From a virus (taxonomy: Duplodnaviria > Caudoviricetes), in IMG/VR virus record IMGVR_UViG_3300030118_004045, positions 1 through 33,012 of that record: a stretch of DNA of 33,012 bases; one strand, written 5' to 3'. The notes under the pieces were generated by a model. The model was not told the origin of the DNA and did not search any database. It saw only the letters and a list, made by a program, of their open reading frames with translations. A program made the translations under genes and the position numbers. Each line of letters opens with the position of its first letter. Within the stretch, counting starts at the first letter, position 1. Shown here piece by piece: positions 30,595 to 33,012 of this stretch.

Positions 30595-33012
30595 TTAAAC
30601 GAAGGCAATCTCGTGTTCCGTTCCCGCACCATCTTGGAAGTACAGCTTGTTGTCCGACTTAGTGTAAATTTTACCAACGTCAGCCGTTGCAGTTGGTGTA
30701 GTAGTTTCAGCCATAGCCACCACTCCTGTTGATTTGATACCATCCGTTAATGTCTCGAATTTTGTCGAGTTGTTGTGCCTAATTTGAACCTTACCATCTT
30801 TATAGCAGACAATCGAAGTTTCCCCATATACACCGTCAGAATCATTGAATCCTAATGCTAAAGTACTTCCCGCAGAAATCTGAAGCTCATTTGGCCCTGT
30901 GTACGCAATACGTCCTCGAACATTGTTATGCCATAGCTTCAGGTCACGGTGAGTTCCTAGAGCCAGCAATGCATGGTCTGGGAATACTGTGCTTGGGGTA
31001 TTATCTTGAGCCTCTATTCCCGTTGCAGTATACGATCCATCGAGATAGAAATAGGTCGCTACACCACCTGCCCCGTCATCTGACTGGAATATTATGTCTT
31101 TGGCATTAGCATTCTGCGTAATATAAAGATCGCCAGTCTGGTTACGAATCTTTGAGTCCGTTCCATCGTGGTGCAGAGTCATGTCTGCGTCAGGGCCGAA
31201 GGCTAAATATGAATCATCTGGAAATACTGTGTAAGGATCTCCACCTGATAACGATCCGTCTAAAAAGAAGTAGGTTTCTAAACCACCACTACCGTCGTCA
31301 CATTGGAAAATGAGGTCTTTGTCATTAGTAGCTTGCTGGATATAAAGATCTCCTCCTTGGTTGTAGATGAAAGAGTTTGTTCCATTGTGGTGAATCTGCA
31401 TATCAACGCCATTACCAAAACCAATTCTAGAATTGTCATACCAAAGAGTTATTAAATTAGTATACGCACTCCCATCGTGAGTCGCCAACGATCCCTGCAT
31501 ATCGAAATATGCAGTAGTACCTCCTGCTCCATCATCACAAACAAATCTTATACGTTTATCATCAGCACTATTTTGAATATAAAGATCACCTGTGGTGTTT
31601 TCAATATAACTTTGTGATCCATTGTGATATAAACGTAAATCACTTCCAGTACCTAATTCAACACGGTCGTTATCTGTCCATGTTGCTGTTCTATTAAAGA
31701 CTGTTCCTCCGTAACTTCCATCTAAGTAGAAGTACGTAGTAACTCCGCCTGACCCGTCATCAGACTGAAAAATAATATCTTTATCATCAGCCGAATTTCT
31801 TATTATTGTGTCGCCTGTTGTATTATAAAGTTCAAAGTTTGTGCCAGTGTGGCGAACATACGCATCAGCATCGTGTCCGTAATAACTTGAAATGCTATCT
31901 AAGTGTAATAAGTTTTTGTGAATCTTAGTATATAAAGCACTTCCGTCTATTGTTATATAGGGTGCTGATCCTCCACTACCATCATCAGATTGGAAGATAA
32001 TATCTTTATCGTTAGCAAAATTGCTTATATAAAGATCACCTGTGTAATTAAAAATCCTACCGTCAGTTCCGTTGTGGTCAATTCCTAAGTCGTTATCTGA
32101 CCCGAAAGCTGCGGATATACTATCTAAAAAGGTGATTTGTTTAGAAGCTACTGAATAGCCTAACCCACCATCTAAACGGAAATATTCTGTAACTCCTCCA
32201 GAACCGTCATCACATTCAAACTTTATATCTGCGTCATCTGCATAATTTGTAAACTTTAAATTTCCTGTGTTATTAGCGACTAAAGTATTTGTACCATTAT
32301 GGTGTATAGTGAAATCCTCCCCATCTCCAAAAGTAGCGTAGAGATTGTCATCCCACTTTACTTTTCGCTTCATTCTTATAGACGTTTGACTGCTATCTAA
32401 AATTATATAATCAGAAGCAGAACCAGATCCACCAGAGGCTTGTAACCTGACATCAGCATCGTCAACATTGTGGCTTATAATCAAAGCACCTGTGCCTGTT
32501 TGTTGTATGCGACTATTTGAACCATCGTGATAAATATCTAAATCGTTACTATCTCCAAACCTTGCACGTCCTCCATCAGCAAACATAGTATAACCTGTTC
32601 CCATGACGAGGTTTCCAGTTATCGTAGCTCCTGTTGAAGATGTCTCGAACTTTTTGGAACCACTATGGTACAGCTCAACTTTTTCACTGCTACCACCTTT
32701 GGCAGCGAGCATTGTGTTTCCGCTGTTTGAATCTCTTAAAAATATACTAGCATTATTTGATTCTATGAATAAATCTCCAGTTCCATTCTCTGAAATGTAA
32801 CTATTATTGCCATCGTGTTGAATTGAAAGATCACTACTATTACCAAAAGTAGCTTTTATAGTATCTGTAAATTTAACATCCTTATCAAATTGAGTTAATC
32901 CTGCCGAACCATCTATAACAATGTATTGAGCTAATCCACCAGAGCCATCATCACATTGGAAGATAATGTCTTTATCGTCTGCTCCCTGTAGGAAGTACCA
33001 ATCACCTGTATT
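30595..33012 (-). CDS. tail fibre protein with ~75-aa beta-rich repeats (5'-truncated by the window edge)
   Basis: Frame stays open from 33012 (NTGDWYFLQGADDKDIIFQCDDGSGG…) through the track's ATG at 32712. About 10 full or partial repeats of F-x-D…FG…DL-x-I-x-H-x-G…TGDLYI…DKDIIFQ-x-DDGSGG…YF-x-LDGS. Confidence 0.85.
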   Translation of the reverse strand, partial: NTGDWYFLQGADDKDIIFQCDDGSGGLAQYIVIDGSAGLTQFDKDVKFTDTIKATFGNSSDLSIQHDGNNSYISENGTGDLFIESNNASIFLRDSNSGNTMLAAKGGSSEKVELYHSGSKKFETSSTGATITGNLVMGTGYTMFADGGRARFGDSNDLDIYHDGSNSRIQQTGTGALIISHNVDDADVRLQASGGSGSASDYIILDSSQTSIRMKRKVKWDDNLYATFGDGEDFTIHHNGTNTLVANNTGNLKFTNYADDADIKFECDDGSGGVTEYFRLDGGLGYSVASKQITFLDSISAAFGSDNDLGIDHNGTDGRIFNYTGDLYISNFANDKDIIFQSDDGSGGSAPYITIDGSALYTKIHKNLLHLDSISSYYGHDADAYVRHTGTNFELYNTTGDTIIRNSADDKDIIFQSDDGSGGVTTYFYLDGSYGGTVFNRTATWTDNDRVELGTGSDLRLYHNGSQSYIENTTGDLYIQNSADDKRIRFVCDDGAGGTTAYFDMQGSLATHDGSAYTNLITLWYDNSRIGFGNGVDMQIHHNGTNSFIYNQGGDLYIQQATNDKDLIFQCDDGSGGLETYFFLDGSLSGGDPYTVFPDDSYLAFGPDADMTLHHDGTDSKIRNQTGDLYITQNANAKDIIFQSDDGAGGVATYFYLDGSYTATGIEAQDNTPSTVFPDHALLALGTHRDLKLWHNNVRGRIAYTGPNELQISAGSTLALGFNDSDGVYGETSIVCYKDGKVQIRHNNSTKFETLTDGIKSTGVVAMAETTTPTATADVGKIYTKSDNKLYFQDGAGTEHEIAFV

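Noticed and set aside
30513-30743. 76-aa alternative-frame ORF overlapping the fibre end
   Set aside because: Out-of-frame overlap that crosses a predicted promoter; no slippery site or protein features supporting a frameshift product.
30595-33012. Tail-fibre repeats as a diversity-generating retroelement TR/VR pair or a CRISPR array
   Set aside because: Repeats are protein-level and diverged at all bases, not adenine-specific, and no reverse transcriptase is in the window.
1-33012. Stop-codon reassignment, introns or inteins, tRNA genes
   Set aside because: Genes are intact and densely packed under the standard code, with TAA, TAG and TGA all used as stops. TerL, PolA and the helicases have no extra insertions. 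No cloverleaf with T-loop GTTCRA in tRNA context was seen.

Overview
A ~33 kb fragment of an AT-rich, tailed dsDNA bacteriophage genome (Caudoviricetes, probably podovirus-like). It has four blocks. (1) 1-1844, + strand: small unknown ORFs with an embedded, strongly structured non-coding segment (1160-1375). (2) 1841-18685, - strand: terminase large subunit, two probable internal virion/ejection proteins, and a giant 3916-aa polyvalent virion protein. Its central part holds a string of putative enzymatic modules (two zincin-like, macro-like, NADAR-like, DUF4326-like and unassigned domains) interleaved with five copies of an unrecognised ~70-aa repeat. (3) 18729-27983, + strand replication operon: HTH/TerS-like protein, RuvC, SF2 helicase, Cas4-like/DUF2800 nuclease, SSB-like protein, family A DNA polymerase (Leu762 type) and AEP primase-SF3 helicase, bracketed by two paralogous small genes. 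(4) 27977-33012, - strand: 5'-truncated repeat-rich tail fibre, lysis cassette (two holin-like genes, overlapping spanin-like pair, Amidase_3 endolysin), a small zincin-like protein and a PD-(D/E)XK-like protein. Sigma70-like promoters lie only 7-9 nt from start codons and Shine-Dalgarno motifs are mostly absent. The best candidates for new biology are the modular effector array in the giant protein and the structured intergenic RNAs with CAU-containing loops. All family calls come from recognising motifs by eye; no database search was run.
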